Assembly (NCBI GenBank): GCA_015075175.1
Contig: JABTUV010000006.1
Location: 159,271 to 223,270 of the forward strand
DNA: 64,000 nt
Direction of reading: 5' to 3'
From: a bacterium
Lineage (GTDB): Bacteria; Hinthialibacterota; Hinthialibacteria; H5-UNCL2
Each line of letters starts with the position of its first letter. The first letter of the stretch is position 1. Below are positions 62,625 to 64,000 of this stretch, in pieces. Position numbers and translations under genes: made by a program. The notes beneath the pieces are model-generated. The model was not told where the DNA came from. It saw only the letters and a program-made list of their open reading frames with translations, and ran no database searches.

Positions 62625-63660
62625 TTACGCCACTTCCAGGTGTCGTTGCCTCTCAGGAGCTGGGCCAAATCGCCCGGACCCTTCTTGGCGCGCACGGCGG
62701 CGATCTGCTCCTCCAAGAGGCTCTCGTAAGTCGGCAACTCGACGGCGCGAAAGACGCCGATCGGCTCGGGGAAATCGGGATAGCCATCTGGGACAGCATG
62801 AACGCGATGCCGGGGTTGTCCGCCCTCTCGTCATGCACCACCACATCGGCGACGGTGACGCCGTTCTCGCCCAGCGTGACGATCTCCGGCTGCATGTTGG
62901 CGGTCATGCGGATGCCTTCTTCTTGTCGACGCCGAAAAGCATCGGCTTGCCCTGTTCGAGGACCAACGTGTGCTCGTCGCGCTCGGCCTTGTCGGAGGCG
63001 TACTTGAAGGCGCCGTCGTTGAAGATGTTGCAGTTCTGGTAAATCTCGACGAACGCGGTGCCCTTGTGCCGGGCGGCCCGCTCCAACACTCTCGCCCAGG
63101 TGCTTGACGTTCATGTCCACGGTGCGAGCGACGAAGGTCGCGCCGCAGCCCAGCGCCGCGGAGACGGGGTGGATGGGCGGTTCCACCGAACCGTAGGGCG
63201 TACTGACGGTGCGCTTGCCCTTCTCGCTGGTGGGCGAAATCTGGCCCTTGGTCAGACCGTAAATGCGGTTGTTGAAGAGCACGATCTTGATGTCGGCGTT
63301 GCGGCGCATGGCGTGCATGAAGTGATTGCCGCCGATGGACAGCCCGTCCCCGTCGCCGGTAGCGACCCAGACGGTGATGTCGGGCCGGGCGATCTTCAGC
63401 CCCGTGGCGATGGCCGGCGCGCGCCCGTGGATGCCGTGAATCCCATAGGTCGAAACATAATACGGGAAGCGGCTGCTGCAGCCGATGCCCGAGACCCAGG
63501 TGATCCGGTCCGGCTCCACCCCCGCCGCCGCCAGCGCTTTCTTGGCCTGCGCCAGGATCGCGTAATCCCCGCATCCGGGGCACCAGCGCACGTCCTGGTC
63601 GCTGGCATAGTCGGCCGGCTTCCATTCCCGCGCGGCCATGTTTTCAACCGTCGTAGCCAT
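62625..63660 (-). CDS. korB: 2-oxoacid:ferredoxin oxidoreductase beta subunit (frameshifted)
   Basis: WCPGCGD, SGIGCSSRFPYY, IHGRA, GDGDGLSIGGNH, NNRIYGLTKGQ.SPTS, QNCNIFND. Confidence 0.9.
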
Positions 63661-63706
63661 GCTTTTCTCCTTCCGGAGTCCAATCTTCAGTTTGTTTTAG
63701 AGCAGG

Positions 63707-64000
63707 CTAAAGCCTGGACTCCGCAATCATCTTCTCGATGGCGGCGAAGACTTCCGCGACGGTGAAGGGCCGTCCCTGAATCTTGCCGTAGCCGTGCGCG
63801 TCCACGAGATAGTGGGCGCGCAGGACCATCTTCAACTGCCCGAGGTTGAGCTCGGGCACAAGAATCTTCTTGTAGCTTCGCAGCAGAGTTCCCAGGTTGC
63901 GCGGGAACGGATTGAGATAGCGCAAATGGGCGTGGGCGACGGAGAGGCCGCGCCGCTGGGCGCGCTCGACCGCGGTGCGAACCGCGCCGTAAGTTCCGCC
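63707..64000 (-). CDS. korA: 2-oxoacid:ferredoxin oxidoreductase alpha subunit, 3' end
   Basis: HLRYLNPFP.NL, VPELNLGQL, KIQGRPF; upstream of the beta subunit. Confidence 0.88.
   Translation of the reverse strand, partial: GGTYGAVRTAVERAQRRGLSVAHAHLRYLNPFPRNLGTLLRSYKKILVPELNLGQLKMVLRAHYLVDAHGYGKIQGRPFTVAEVFAAIEKMIAESRL

Overview
GC-rich (roughly two-thirds G+C by eye) chromosomal segment of a probably diderm bacterium. An uncultured candidate lineage is plausible from the Thr/Pro linkers and dockerin-like motifs, but this is inference. Housekeeping content: rpmH-rnpA-yidD-yidC-jag, pssA, dnaJ, tatD-mnmA, mreC-mreD-mrdA-rodA, purD-purE, fabI, korAB. Accessory content: GT-C/DUF2298 glycosylation genes, two tandem alginate-lyase/heparinase II-III paralogues, an RND pump, a ~2,300-aa FG-GAP surface protein, an RsbU-RsbW-ECF sigma-anti-sigma-HtrA-like cluster, a multiheme cytochrome and an orphan DNA methyltransferase. 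Many genes, including essential ones, carry single-base frameshifts that are probably sequencing or assembly errors. No rRNA, tRNA, CRISPR array, transposase or phage genes were seen. The most striking feature is about ten families of short palindromic REP-like elements plus 6-mer and 9-mer microsatellites. They fill many intergenic regions, are inserted inside mreC, the RND permease, the GT39 gene and the DegT gene, and supply or abut the stop codons of several genes. At the mreC/mreD junction they form duplicated cassettes that appear to preserve translational coupling.
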